Shown piece by piece: positions 43,100 through 61,291 of a stretch of 64,000 bases of DNA (positions are counted from its first letter, which is position 1; each line of letters begins with the position of its first letter). Below the pieces are notes generated by a model that was given only the letters and a program-made list of their open reading frames with translations, searched no databases and was not told the DNA's origin. The DNA lies in NCBI GenBank assembly GCA_964016885.1, contig OZ024740.1:241986001-242050000 (forward strand), read 5' to 3'. The translations under genes and the position numbers were made by a program. This stretch comes from Eledone cirrhosa. Lineage: Eukaryota.

Positions 43100-43320
43100 A
43101 AACATAAATAACAACACAATAAGTTACAGCATATGGAAGGGATATATTAGGTTCACGCTTGATATAGTTGAAAGAGGGTCTTAACGTTTCGGACGCTAGT
43201 CTTTCATCAGAAGAAAGTATGAGAAATAAGATAGATCGAGGGGACGGGTGGGTTGGAATAGGAAAAAATGTCTTTAGATAAAAATAACAGGTCCATTCAT
43301 GTTGACATCTCTTGCAAAAC
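43100..43320 (-). mobile_element. Hammerhead-bearing pLTR-like family E
   Basis: Homologous to 59967-60190. Confidence 0.65.
43179..43214 (-). ncRNA. Minimal hammerhead ribozyme (family E)
   Basis: TCTT-CTGATGA-aaGAC tagc GTCc-GAAAC-GTT-AAGA; loopless palindromic stem III. Confidence 0.7.
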
Positions 43321-43369
43321 TGTTGGTGCTGGCGTTTTGTGTATGATTTATTTTTTAGAAAAGTGGATG

Positions 43370-44330
43370 ATGTATTGCGACTACCTGAAATGGAAAAAAA
43401 AAACGTTTTGTAGTGACCTGGGTCACATATCGGCACCACCTTAAACAGTTGGAACGTTTTCATCAGATGTGTCTAATACGAATCCATGGCGTTCACTAGA
43501 GGGACCACATCAGTGATGTTGAGATTTTGGAAAGCTCTATGTGTGAAAGTATAGAAGCTCTTGTGCTTAAGCAAAGATTCCGATGGAGTGGTCACCTTGC
43601 CAGGATGAAGGATTCTACAATACCGAAATAACTCTTTTATGGAGAGGTAGTTAAAGGAAAACGACCTCAACATAAATCAAAAAAGAGGTATAAGGATTGG
43701 TTAAAAGCCACTTTGAAATACGCTAACACCTCTGCTGATACCTGGGAAAACGAAGCTGCTGATCGTAATACACGGAGAAAGTCTGTATATGAGGGGAAAT
43801 TTGCCTTTCAGGCATCTCGAATCGCATACGAGAAAGTAAAGCGGGATGTGAGGAAGGGCATTGTTGTTACATTTCCAGACAGTGAAGGTCCTCCTATGGC
43901 GCTTACATGCAGCGTCTGTGCGAGACTCTTCCATCAGCAAGCTGGACTCGAAAGTCATCTTCGCAGTCATAAAGTAAGACCAGTGATTGACTACCAGGCT
44001 GCTGTTGGAGATGCTACTTATCAAGCTTGCCAAGCATGTGGTAGAGAATGTAAATCAGCAGGAGGGCTCAAACGACATGCAAAAGTACATGAACCCCAAT
44101 CACAGCCGGCTATTGCCAGTGAATGTTTTGGTTGCCAACTCTCTGCAAGACATTGTAGATCATTGGCTGGGCTAAAAAGCCACATTCGATCGCAGCACCG
44201 TTAATTGTCACTGTGTGTGTGTGACGGGGGGGGGGGGTATTTATTATTATTAATATTATTGTCGTTATTATTGTTATTATGCTTTTTTTCGTGCAATTGC
44301 CATACTCGATAACGAGGGGGCAGCTATCAT
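43370..44330 (+). mobile_element. RTE LINE 3' end with three C2H2-like zinc fingers
   Basis: LERFHQMCLIRI, RWSGHLARM, PK.LFYGE..GKRP, then CSVC..H..H, CQAC..H..H and a decayed third finger; tail CATACTCGATAACGAGGGGGCAGC. Confidence 0.8.
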
Positions 44331-44536
44331 ATATATATATTATATATGTCTGCTGGCATCACAACTAGATGATAATACGTGGCCAGCGACATATCCCCAT
44401 GGTTGCATAACTACACCTATCATTATATGAGCATCTGATGACGTCACATGAATAACCATGTAACAGAAATAAAGCAGTTATGGAGAAGAAGTAACGCCGT
44501 CTTAACTACTCTTAATCTGATATTATATATATATAT

Positions 44537-44600
<64 letters not shown>

Positions 44601-44903
44601 AGAGACGGGGGGGCGGGGAATTTACTTGCTTATACACTTATATAAATATGATATCTTTCAGCTGGTTGATATGTTTTAATGATGGCTAAAGTCACAACAC
44701 ACACTTAACCAGTGAATTATACTTAAATTTGAACACCTTTGCCGTCAATCCACCAAAGATATAGGCGGGTATGGGTGGGCTTTTTTTTTTCGAATTTTAT
44801 ACAGATGTACTAGAGACGTGTCAATACATACATACAAATATACATGCATACATAAATAAATACATACATACGTAAGTACGTATGTACATAATACATATAT
44901 ACA

Positions 44904-44997
<94 letters not shown>

Positions 44998-45123
44998 AAG
45001 AAAAAAAGAAAGAAAGAAAGAAACAAAGTAGGTATTTAGAAAATGGAGAGCGTGATTTGAAAATTGAATTAGAAGATTTCACCGTAATTGAGACTAAATA
45101 AAATAGTCTAATATTAACGCGGC

Positions 45124-46427
45124 GTATAAGACCACTTGTGCTTGCCGTGCACTAGAATGAGTGTTCAATACTAACAGGCCGTATAAGACCACTTGTAGTT
45201 GCCGTGCACTAGAATGAGTGTTCAATACTAACAGGCCGTATAAGACCACTTGTGCTTGCTGTGCACTAGAATGAGTGTTCAATACTAACAGGCCGTATAA
45301 GACCACTTGTGGTTGCCGTGCACTAGAATGAGTGTTCAGTACTAACAGTCTGTATAAGACCACTTGTGGTTGCCGTGCACTAGAATGAGTGTTCAATACT
45401 AACAGGCCGTATAACACCACTTGTGGTTGCCGTGCACTAGAATGAGTGTTCAATACTAACAGGCCGTATAACACCACTTGTGGTTGCCGTGCACTAGAAT
45501 GAGTGTTCAATACTAACAGGCCGTATAACACCACTTGTGGTTGCCGTGCACTAGAATGAGTGTTCAATACTAACAGGCCGTATAACACCACTTGTGGTTG
45601 CCGTGCACTAGAATGAGTGTTCAATACTAACAGGCCGTATAACACCACTTGTGGTTGCCGTGCACTAGAATGAGTGTTCAATACTAACAGGCCGTATAAC
45701 ACCACTTGTGGTTGCTGTGCACTAGAATGAGTGTTCAATACTAACAGGCCGTATAAGACCACTTGTGCTTGCCGTGCACTAGAATGAGTGTTCAATACTA
45801 ACAGGCTGTATAAGACCACTTGTGCTTGCCGTGCACTAGAATGAGTGTTCAATACTAACAGGCCGTATAACACCACTTGTGGTTGCCGTACACTAGAATG
45901 AGTATTCAGTACTAACAGGCTGTATAAGACCACTTGTGGTTGCCGTGCACTAGAATGAGTGTTCAATACTAACAGGCTGTATAAGACCACTTGTGCTTGC
46001 CGTGCACTAGAATGAGTGTTCAATACTAACAGGCTGTATAAGACCACTTGTGCTTGCCGTGCACTAGAATGAGTGTTCAATAGTAACAGGCCGTATAAGA
46101 CCACTTGTGGTTGCCGTACACTAGAATGAGTATTCAGTACTAACAGGCTGTATAAGACCACTTGTGGTTGCCGTACACTAGAATGAGTATTCAGTACTAA
46201 CAGGCTGTATAAGACCACTTGTGCTTGCCGTGCACTAGAATGAGTGTTCAATAGTAACAGGCCGTATAAGACCACTTGTGGTTGCCGTACACTAGAATGA
46301 GTATTCAGTACTAACAGGCCGTATAAGACCACTTGTGGTTGCCGTACACTAGAATGAGTATTCAGTACTAACAGGCTGTATAAGACCACTTGTGGTTGCC
46401 GTGCACTAGAATGAGTATTCAGTACTA
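45124..46427. repeat. 57-bp minisatellite, ~23 units
   Basis: Unit GTATAAGACCACTTGTGGTTGCCGTGCACTAGAATGAGTGTTCAATACTAACAGGCC; exact 57 periodicity with no indels. Confidence 0.97.
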
Positions 46428-46733
46428 AAGTAGTGTTTAATGATATTCTATATTATGGCTGTGCTAAGTTTCCCCTGTGTACTCACAGGATCATCAAAGA
46501 AGACAAAAAGTTTCCTAAGCATTATATTCAAAAGTGTATAAATCGTAATCATATTAGAATTTATAGAATTTAAATTTACATACCATATTTCTTGCTTTTT
46601 CCACCGAATTTAACAGTTGGACAATAAACTTCTAAGGAACTGAACATTCCATCTTGCGTCATACTTTTTTTTTTTATTATTTGTCGATTGATTAAAGGTG
46701 TCATAAAATATAGCACAAAAGAAAAATGATGTA

Positions 46734-46934
46734 TACGAAAGTCGGCTGAAAAGTTCATAGGCTGACCAAGATACTCTCATGGAATGACCAAATGAGGTTT
46801 ATTTTTCAACATAGCCCCGGGAAAGAAACAACGCTGTTATTGATAAAAGAGTTGAAATTAATGCATGCAAGATTTCATAGCAGTGCATCACTCCTTTATA
46901 GTCAATCTATGAAAGTTTTTATACGACCCTCCTA
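46734..46934. mobile_element. Mariner-type MITE
   Basis: TA-CGAAAGTCGGCTGAAAAGTTCATAGGCTGAC with a decayed inverse GTCAATCTATGAAAGTTTTTATACGACCCTCC-TA. Confidence 0.55.
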
Positions 46935-47940
46935 TGTACTGAAAATTGCTCATGTTTCCCAGAAAGTGTAGCAAAGATAAGATATCAAACCTTGCTACAG
47001 CTGTTATAGTAGTCTTCATTGTTGTTGTTGCTGGTGATGTTCTCGCTGTCCGTTATTCTAGGAATAGGAATTTATTTGCACTGGGTGTGGTCGCTACTTT
47101 AGTAAGTTTCAGATTTGTGTTAAATTGAAAATATATTGCAAATAGAAGAAATAATAAATGTATTTTTGTTCCTCTAAAGGAAAAGCAACAACTAGTTCAC
47201 TCCATTGCCCCTGTTTTCACCATCATTTATACCCCAAACCAAGAAGTACTTTATACACTCTTATTAATAGGAGCTTCCTTGAGCATCACGATTCTCTTAC
47301 CAATGAATATCGTTCAGTTTAGAACTGTTCCATCATGAAGCGTTAACAGCTATTATGTTCAAATCATCAATCATTTTTCGTAGACGCCACATTTGCGGTA
47401 GACTCCACATTTACAAGTTATTATATATTTGTTAATTTATTTATTCTAAAGAAAAAAGAAAAAGAAAGAGATTATCTACTGAGAGGTTACTTGGTTGGTG
47501 TCAGCTTAATTGTTCAATTATATATATTTTATTTATGTTTTGTCATCGGTTAACATCTGAGTCAGAACGTCATCTGGATCCCATTAAACATGGACCCTAT
47601 TATGAACCTTCGATTCATCAAGAGTTGTAAGTTAGCTCCAGGTCAGCCATAATCACGCAGATCTGTGATCAAAGTCATTTCAGTCACGACTGCTCTATCT
47701 TATTTATTTAGGCACAGTGTATACAGGCCTGTATTAATCCATTTGCCTTTGCATTTTTATGACGAAGGAATGTGATTTGAGAAATGTTTGACTGCTTTTC
47801 TAGCAGGTCGAACAGTCATGTAGAGGTTTCCTTGTAGCATTATCATCAAAACAGCTGAAAGCTACTGTAATAATCTTTACAATATATATTAGAGATTGCT
47901 TGATGCTTCTATTTTTAAAGTGCCGGTTAAATAAATAACT

Positions 47941-48335
47941 GTTTCTACTTTTGGCACAAGGCCAGCAATTACCCAGTGCATTACTGGTACTTTATTTTAT
48001 CGACCCCGTAAGGATGAAAGGCAAAGTTAACCTCGGCGGGATTTGAACTCAGAATGGCAAGGTCCGTAACTCTATGTGTCGAAGTATGGCGTCCTACTCT
48101 CTACCGATACTGCCAATCCCACCTTGTTAAAGCCGGTTAAATAAATAACTGTTTCTATATTTGGCACAAGGCCAGCAAATATCCCAGTGTATTACTGGTG
48201 CTTTATTTTATCGACCCCGTAAGGATGAAAGGCAAAGTTAAACTCGGCGGGATTTGAACTCAGACCATAAAGGGCCGTAACTCTTTGCTGCAAAGTATGG
48301 CGTCCGACCCTCTACCAATACTGCCAATCCACCAC
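47941..48335 (-). mobile_element. Two tandem S1 SINEs
   Basis: 47941-48123 and 48151-48335, each preceded by GCCGGTTAAATAAATAACT. Confidence 0.85.
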
Positions 48336-48518
48336 CAGTCTAAAATATATTTCATCACTTAATGACAATAACTTCGTGTGTGTATCAAGAAATTCCCCCT
48401 CCCGGATAAATACGCCAGGCTTCATTTATAAATAATTTATCTTCAGTACTGGTCACCATTAAATGAATATTTGTTCATAAAAATATTTGATGCAGAATTT
48501 TTGGAAAATACACATACA

Positions 48519-48623
<105 letters not shown>

Positions 48624-48734
48624 CTAGACCACGCGTTGGGTAACGTTCATTTAAAAATAATGTTGAAATAACTAAAATATACAGACATGTATATAATGTG
48701 AAATGAAACAGGAAGGCCCATATATACACGTCTG

Positions 48735-48771
<37 letters not shown>

Positions 48772-48884
48772 AAATGTAAATTTTTGCTGGACCGGCAACC
48801 GCTCTGTATAATCAGTTCCTGATTATTATTGGAATTCTATAAGAATCCAACATTCATAATTTTCAGCGGACAGGAGGAGTGGTG

Positions 48885-48929
48885 AGCTTTGATAAGTACC
48901 AACAAGTACGAAACAGAGCTCTGTCAGCT
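48885..48929 (+). ncRNA. Hammerhead ribozyme, decayed core (family F, element ~48827-49035)
   Basis: AGCT-TTGATAA-GTAC caacaa GTAC-GAAAC-agagctct-GTC-AGCT. Confidence 0.6.
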
Positions 48930-49386
48930 TATCTCCCCTTGTTTGCTGAAAATTGAAGTAAGTGACACTGTCGCTACTTTAAAACAATAGCGTAAGGTCT
49001 TCAAAATGCTTTTAATTAAGCATACAGTGTATTGCAAAATGCACTATATATATATTCATATATATATCGCTATTTCAGAGCACCAATTCTAATTTGATAT
49101 ATATAAACCTTCTGTTTAACATGTACGACACCACACTAATACATTTCACTATCATTTGATAATGCATATACATGCAGAAACGGGTAATAGACAATAATTA
49201 AATATATAAATAGATAAATAAATCAACTAATACCTTAACACTTCACACAAAGTTAAGCATTTCGTTTTAATCATTTTCTAACCCAGAAAAGAGAGAGAGA
49301 GAGACAAAAAAAAGGAAAAACATTTTTTTTTGTTCCTCATAATCGTCTCTTTCTCCCTGTTTTCATATATATATATATATATATAT

Positions 49387-49437
49387 AAGTATGTATGTAT
49401 ACGTACATACATATATGCATACAGACGTACAGTAGCA

Positions 49438-49507
<70 letters not shown>

Positions 49508-50059
49508 CAAGCACACATATATATATGTACGTATCAGTTTAGCGGACATTTATTATAATGTTTGCTTTGTCCGTTTGTAAACAAACGGACAGCCTCATTT
49601 ATGCCGTACGGTGTTAAGGCAACCACGTCACCTTTTTGTTTAACACTGACACAGGAACGATGTACTAGTTTCAAGCTTGTTAGCTATCGTCAGCACCGTA
49701 TACCCTTCTGCCAGATGGTTGAACGTTCGAAAGTATATACTTTCCTTATGAAAATTAACTGGCCGACTGAACTCACTCGATATGCAAATTAGGCTGCTCA
49801 ACCGTTAATTTTCATAAGGAAAGTATATACTTTCGAACGTTGAACCATCTGGCAGAAGGGTATACGGTGCTGACGATAGCTAACAAGCTTGAAACTAGTA
49901 CATCGTTCCTGTGTCAGTGTTGAACAAAAAGGTGACGTGGTTGCCTTAACACCGTACGGCATAAATCAGGCTGTCCGTTTGTTTACAAACGGAAAAAGCG
50001 AACATTATAATAAATGTCCGCTAAACTGATACGTACATATATATATGTGTGCCTGTATG

Positions 50060-50155
<96 letters not shown>

Positions 50156-50266
50156 TGCTACTGTACGTCTGTATGCATATATGTATGTACGTATACATAC
50201 ATACTTACATTTGAGTAAGTGCCGTACTAAGAGTGAGAAATGAAATTTCATTTCATTCTATTCCAT
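49387..50266. mobile_element. Family C fold-back with two divergent hammerheads
   Basis: Arms ~49387-49758/49805-50207; hammerheads at 49657-49699 (-) and 49864-49906 (+). Confidence 0.8.
49864..49906 (+). ncRNA. Type I hammerhead ribozyme (family C); mirror copy 49657-49699 (-)
   Basis: Same sequence as 40986-41028. Confidence 0.85.
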
Positions 50267-50310
50267 TTTATATATAAAGATATATACAATATATATATAT
50301 ATATATATAT

Positions 50311-50643
50311 GGGCAGCCTATTATTATCATATTTACACATAATTTTTCTGCTGCTGCCACTCGTCTGTTCGTTTTTACCCTTTCTAGCAGTCTCTCTCTC
50401 TGTTAGCCTCCTCCTCAACTTTCACTCACTCATTCTCTGTCACTACCTCTCCTCCTCCTCTTTCCTCCTCCTCCTTCAAGTTTGACCTGTGTGTAATTCT
50501 TTTCTCGCGCGGTCTTGACCAAGCTGGTATGGAAATTTTTTTCTCTCTCTCTCTTTCGTCTGCGACTTCACAAAACTTATGTTTACCGAATTCGTAGACC
50601 AGACCCCTTTATCTTCTTCTTCTTCTTCTTCTCTCTTCTTCTT

Positions 50644-50674
<31 letters not shown>

Positions 50675-51681
50675 TTCTTCTTCTTCTTCTCTCTTCCCCC
50701 CCCACCCGTCAGACTTGTGCGAAATTCTTTCCTTGCTCACATTTCAACCAGGTTTGATGGTCTTTTGTCTCTTGTTCACGATTTCACCGAGTTTATATTC
50801 ATAGAGATCTGGGACTTGTCTATTTCTTCTCACTTTCTGTTGCTTAAACCTTTTTGTTTGTTACCCTGGCGTCCCCTTTGTTTACGTGTCCCAACGACTT
50901 TTTTTAGCCGTTGTTCGCACCAACCTGAGGCATATGGCCCTTAAAGCGATGAAATGCCTGGGACGGTTGGAGGGTCACTGATGAAGGACTTACTTTTTCA
51001 TATGCCCCACCATTTGCAACGGGCAGCCTATTATTATCATGTTTACACATAATTTTTCTTCTGCTGCCACTGGTCTGTTCGTTTTTACCCTTTCTAGCAG
51101 TCTCTCTCTCTGTTAGCCTCCTCCTCAACTTTCACTCACTCATTCTCTGTCACTACCTCTCCTCCTCCTCTTTCCTCCTCCTTCAAGTTTGACCTGTGTG
51201 TAATTCTTTTCTCGCGCGGTCTTGACCAAGCTGGTATGGAAATTTTTTTCTCTCTCTTTCTTTCGTCTGCGACTTCACAAAACTTATGTTTACCGAATTC
51301 GTAGACCAGACCCCTTTATCTTCTTCTTCTTCTTCTTCTTCTCTCTTCCCCCCCCCCCCGTCAGACTTGTGCGAAATTCTTTCCTTGCTCACATTTCAAC
51401 CAGGTTTGATGGTCTTTTGTCTCTTGTTCACGATTTCACCGAGTTTATATTCATAGAGATCTGGGACTTGTCTATTTCTTCTCACTTTCCGTTGCTTAAA
51501 CCTTTTTGTTTGTTACCCTGGCGTCCCCTTTGCTTACGTGTCCCAACGACTTTTTTTAGCCGTTGTTCGCACCAACCTGAGGCATATGGCCCTTAAAGCG
51601 ATGAAATGCCTGGGACGGTTGGAGGGTCACTGATGAAGGACTTACTTTTTCATATGCCCCACCATTTGCAACGGGCAGCCT

Positions 51682-51690
<9 letters not shown>
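50311..51690. repeat. Direct tandem dimer (~710 + ~652 bp) with short terminal redundancy
   Basis: Units start GGGCAGCCTATTATTAT at 50311, 51021 and 51673; they differ mainly in internal (CTT)n length. Confidence 0.9.
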
Positions 51691-51746
<56 letters not shown>

Positions 51747-51750
<4 letters not shown>

Positions 51751-52548
51751 GTGGAACACTGGAAAATAATATCCGTAGTGGTAGAGCACTGAGTCCAAGA
51801 AACAAGTTAGGTAGAAGTGGTTACACAACAGTTAGTTCACCATACCGAGAACAATTGTTTCACCTTCGCGGATCTGCAGCTCGGGATGTGTATGGTTATA
51901 GGAACAGGAAAGACAACCGTACGAACGCGCATGCGCAGAAACTCGGTCACGTCACACAGTCAATACTAGACTGCGTGCGGGAGGTGTAAGGGAGATAACT
52001 GCGAAAGTCCGGAAAGTTTTTAGGTTGAAAATAAAATTAAAAAAATTAAAAATAAAATTACAAAGAATCAGTCCGGAGCCTTGTAGTTATGCAATAGATG
52101 TTTGGTGACGTGTGGACAACGTGTGAAAAATTCACTTCTGGTGTTTCGGCAATCAGTATTGCGTAATCTCTTTAGGATAGTTATTCGTTCGTCAATACAT
52201 AAGCCACACGTCGGATTTCCCCTTGCGTATGGCTTGGACATAGTGATGGCTTTCCATTGAATGGAATAGCCTATACTTGAGTCCTTGAGGGACCATACAT
52301 GCCTCGCGAGTTTCGTGGATGAACGTCTGTCCGGGTATCTGAAGGTAGATTGGTGGTTCAGGAAACGCTCCTTGAATTGGCCCTCCGCCATGCCCACATA
52401 GGATTTGACCGCCTGTGGTTTGGCCGGTTGGAAGTGACCACAGCTTCATAGATTACAGCTGGTGTGTTGCATTGCTATTGAAGGGGGCAAGCTTCAGGCT
52501 TACGCAAGAGCACCCTGGTGGGGTGTTACTCCTAGGGCTGCTGGTGAT
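51747..52548 (-). mobile_element. Penelope-like GIY-YIG 3' end with pLTR (same family as 28207-29246)
   Basis: YVGMAEGQFKERFLNHQSTF...KLARHVW...CGLCIDE...NTRSEFFTRCPH; (TA)n flanks. Confidence 0.85.
51845..51884 (-). ncRNA. Hammerhead ribozyme in Penelope pLTR (one core substitution)
   Basis: CCGAG-CTGCAGA-tCCgcgaaGGt-GAAAC-aatt-GTT-CTCGG. Confidence 0.7.
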
Positions 52549-53227
52549 GTATTTACAGTATATATATGTATATACTGTATATATATATATATATATATGT
52601 ATTGGCAACTCTAGTTCAACAACTTTACTACACCGAGGCATAATATTTTATACAATTTAATTAAATGGCAATTTAGAATATCATATTCCAGACAACATTT
52701 AAGATCTAATTAAAGTTTAATCTAATTACAACACCTGCTCTCTCCTTTCTATCCTTTTTTTCTGTTTTCTTCTATTTTTTTCACTTGTTTACCTTTTACT
52801 TCCCGCTCTCATTCTGGCTTCTCTCAATATATTTAAACATCAAACCCTCGAGTAGTTAAAGCGATAAATTCATTTTTAGATGTTAATGTATTAAGTATCT
52901 CATCGAAGTCCTATTTACATGATGGCAACAAACGTCGATTTGCATGAGTTGACCCTAACTGCACACAATTATACACAAAATGAATCATTATTCGATTTAC
53001 AAAGGACAGCGAACAAATAGCATAGACAGCGCTTGAACCTTAATAACAACTACAAATACCTGGAAAAAACATATTTACCTGGATTGTATTATATATATAT
53101 GAATGTATGTATAGTATATATGGTAATATACCGTATGTTTAATTTAAAACGTTTCGAAGACCATACGCTATCAGTTTTAAAGCAGTGACTATGTCACTTA
53201 CTTTTTTTCCGCGAAAGAAAGGAGAGA

Positions 53228-53269
53228 AGCTGACAGTCTGTTTCACGCTGGTATGCGTTCATCAGAGCC
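53228..53269 (-). ncRNA. Intact type I hammerhead ribozyme (family F, element ~53120-53325)
   Basis: GGCT-CTGATGA-ACGC atacca GCGT-GAAAC-agact-GTC-AGCT. Confidence 0.85.
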
Positions 53270-53319
53270 ATGCACTCCCCTGCTTCCGCCGAAAATTAGA
53301 AGCTGGATTCTTATAGAAT

Positions 53320-53387
<68 letters not shown>

Positions 53388-53389
53388 AC

Positions 53390-53461
<72 letters not shown>

Positions 53462-54621
53462 ACATAAATATATATATATATATATATATGTAGAAGTTCT
53501 ATTTAAATTGTTGGGATACAACAAGCAAATATTTTTATAACTGATATAAAGCACTCAACAAATTATTGGAGTAAAAATACGATATATTATCAAATGGAAA
53601 CTATATTTATAAAACCATATTTATTTCATTATACATATTTCAAGGACACCAAGTTAAATTATGGTGCGCTTTCATCAGATAAAATACAATATAGAGCAGT
53701 TTTATAAATAAATATTGACATATCCTAAAAGAATGCGACCATTTCTGTTGGAAATATATATATATATATATAATAGTTTCAATAAAAGCCCGTACGACTA
53801 AGTCTTTAGAATATGAATTCAAAACAGGAGGCACACAGGACAAAGAAAATGAAAAAAAACACGGAAAGCTGGACAAACCCATCTCTTCAGTCAACCTCTG
53901 GAAATCACTACGGTTTCGGTGTTAAGGTTGAGACCATTCATTCCAGTGAACATTGTCACATAAAAAAACAAATAGAGACAAGTTATGATTTTAGGCGAAT
54001 TACACTAATATAGCTGGAAAAGTGTCCCAAGTGCGTCAATAAAGAACTGAAATATGATTGGAAGTATCCACTTATATCATATACATCAGGATATGGAGAA
54101 GCTCAATGTATTACAATTATTAACAATTATTCAAGTCAAACTAATACATGGCGTATGGTCAGAATAATTGAAGATAAGCAGTAAATAGAAAATAATTGTC
54201 GAAAAATAAATGTTTTTCAATAATCTCAATTTAAAAGATATATGTAGAGAGAGAAAGTGTCATATATCTTTTGAGAAACATATTTTGTAAACATATATAT
54301 TGAGCAAATAGTATTAATGAAAATATACATACTTTAAAATTTGAATAATTGATGCTCTGAACCAAGGTCCATTGAGGTTATTTAGTGAGAAACATGATCA
54401 GCATACATATAATATACGTCTTGATACCTTGACATAGTATATAACTAATCTAAGTGTATTAATATGTTGACTTGCTTCAACTGTGACTGGTTCTTCAGAG
54501 TACTTTCTAGCCCATACGACGTCCAGTCCTGTTCATATTATCCCTGCCCGTTAAACCTTTGTTGACACCATGCTGAGCAGAAATTTAAAACAAACTCTCT
54601 GCTCTCGACAGATATAAATAT

Positions 54622-54719
<98 letters not shown>

Positions 54720-54902
54720 ATATATATATATAGAATTTTGATTTTGATTTTGATTTTGAATTTGAATTGCTGTACAAAAATAGTACAAAAATAGTATAGG
54801 ATAATATATGTCACTCCACTGTACATCAATATATATATATATGTATCTGTATCTCTCTTGCGTTGGAAAGGAGGTTAATTATGTGTACAAACATTGAAAA
54901 AT

Positions 54903-54947
54903 GCTCCGAAGACTCCAAGCTTAGGTTTGGATGAAACAATTCTAAGT
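54903..54947 (+). ncRNA. Decayed hammerhead-like motif
   Basis: GCT-CCGAAGA-cTCCAAGC ttag GTTTGGAt-GAAAC-aatt-CTA-AGT. Confidence 0.45.
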
Positions 54948-55145
54948 GAATAAATGCTTTGAACATAGTTTTGATTCTTGTGAATTCTATATAACTGCTC
55001 TGTAGAAGAACTGATGTTATTACATTGAGCTATTTATCTTACTGGTAATAAGGTAGTAATAAATTACTGACCTTCACTGTTTAGGGTTTAAAATATACAT
55101 AACTATAAAAAGTTTTAATATATACATAACCATAAATAGCATCCC

Positions 55146-55257
<112 letters not shown>

Positions 55258-55296
55258 TAGATATATGTATATATATATCTATATATCTATATATAC

Positions 55297-55401
<105 letters not shown>

Positions 55402-55439
55402 CATATATATACACATATATATATATATATATATACATA

Positions 55440-59930
<4,491 letters not shown>

Positions 59931-59932
59931 TG

Positions 59933-59965
<33 letters not shown>

Positions 59966-60065
59966 TAAGAGATGTCAACATGAATGGATTTGTTATTTTT
60001 ATCTAAATACATTTTTTCCAATTCCAACCCACTGGTCTCCTCAATATATCTTATTTATCATTCTT

Positions 60066-60101
60066 TCTTCTGGTGAAAGACTAGCGTCCGAAACGTAAAG
60101 A
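60066..60101 (+). ncRNA. Minimal hammerhead (family E, element 59967-60190), one core substitution
   Basis: TCTT-CTGGTGA-aaGAC tagc GTCc-GAAAC-GTA-AAGA. Confidence 0.6.
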
Positions 60102-60185
60102 CCCTCTTCCTGTTATTTCAAACGTTAACCTACGTTCCTTCCATATACTGTATCGATTGTGTTGTTACTTCTGTTTACCACCTTT

Positions 60186-61022
<837 letters not shown>

Positions 61023-61038
61023 TCTCCGAATGAAAAGA

Positions 61039-61122
61039 ACCTCCTGACGAGATTCTTTCTTTGCAACGAAGGCCGTATGGACTCCGTTTATTTTTGAGAA
61101 TCGAAACCGAATCGGTAAAGGT
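61039..61122 (+). ncRNA. Type I hammerhead ribozyme in a short (TA)n-flanked element (~61017-61190)
   Basis: ACCTc-CTGACGA-GATTCT..AGAATC-GAAAC-cgaatcg-GTA-aAGGT. Confidence 0.75.
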
Positions 61123-61189
61123 AACCATAGTAAGTACAGTTAATTTTTTAAAATTTATTTTGAAACTTTATCTTATTTGCTAAACCTTG

Positions 61190-61291
<102 letters not shown>

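Noticed and set aside
43713-44204. Host C2H2 zinc-finger gene
   Set aside because: Contiguous with disrupted RTE ORF motifs upstream and the RTE 3' tail downstream.
44430-44476. Further hammerhead candidates (CTGATGA at 44434; also ~9826-9857 and ~54465-54503 on the - strand)
   Set aside because: Stem I/III or core too degenerate to support a call.
45094-46389. 431-aa ORF as a protein-coding gene
   Set aside because: Entirely a 57-bp tandem repeat. One open frame out of six is unsurprising, there is no ATG start or recognisable domain, and several variants are non-synonymous.
45124-46427. CRISPR array
   Set aside because: No unique spacers, no cas genes, eukaryotic context.
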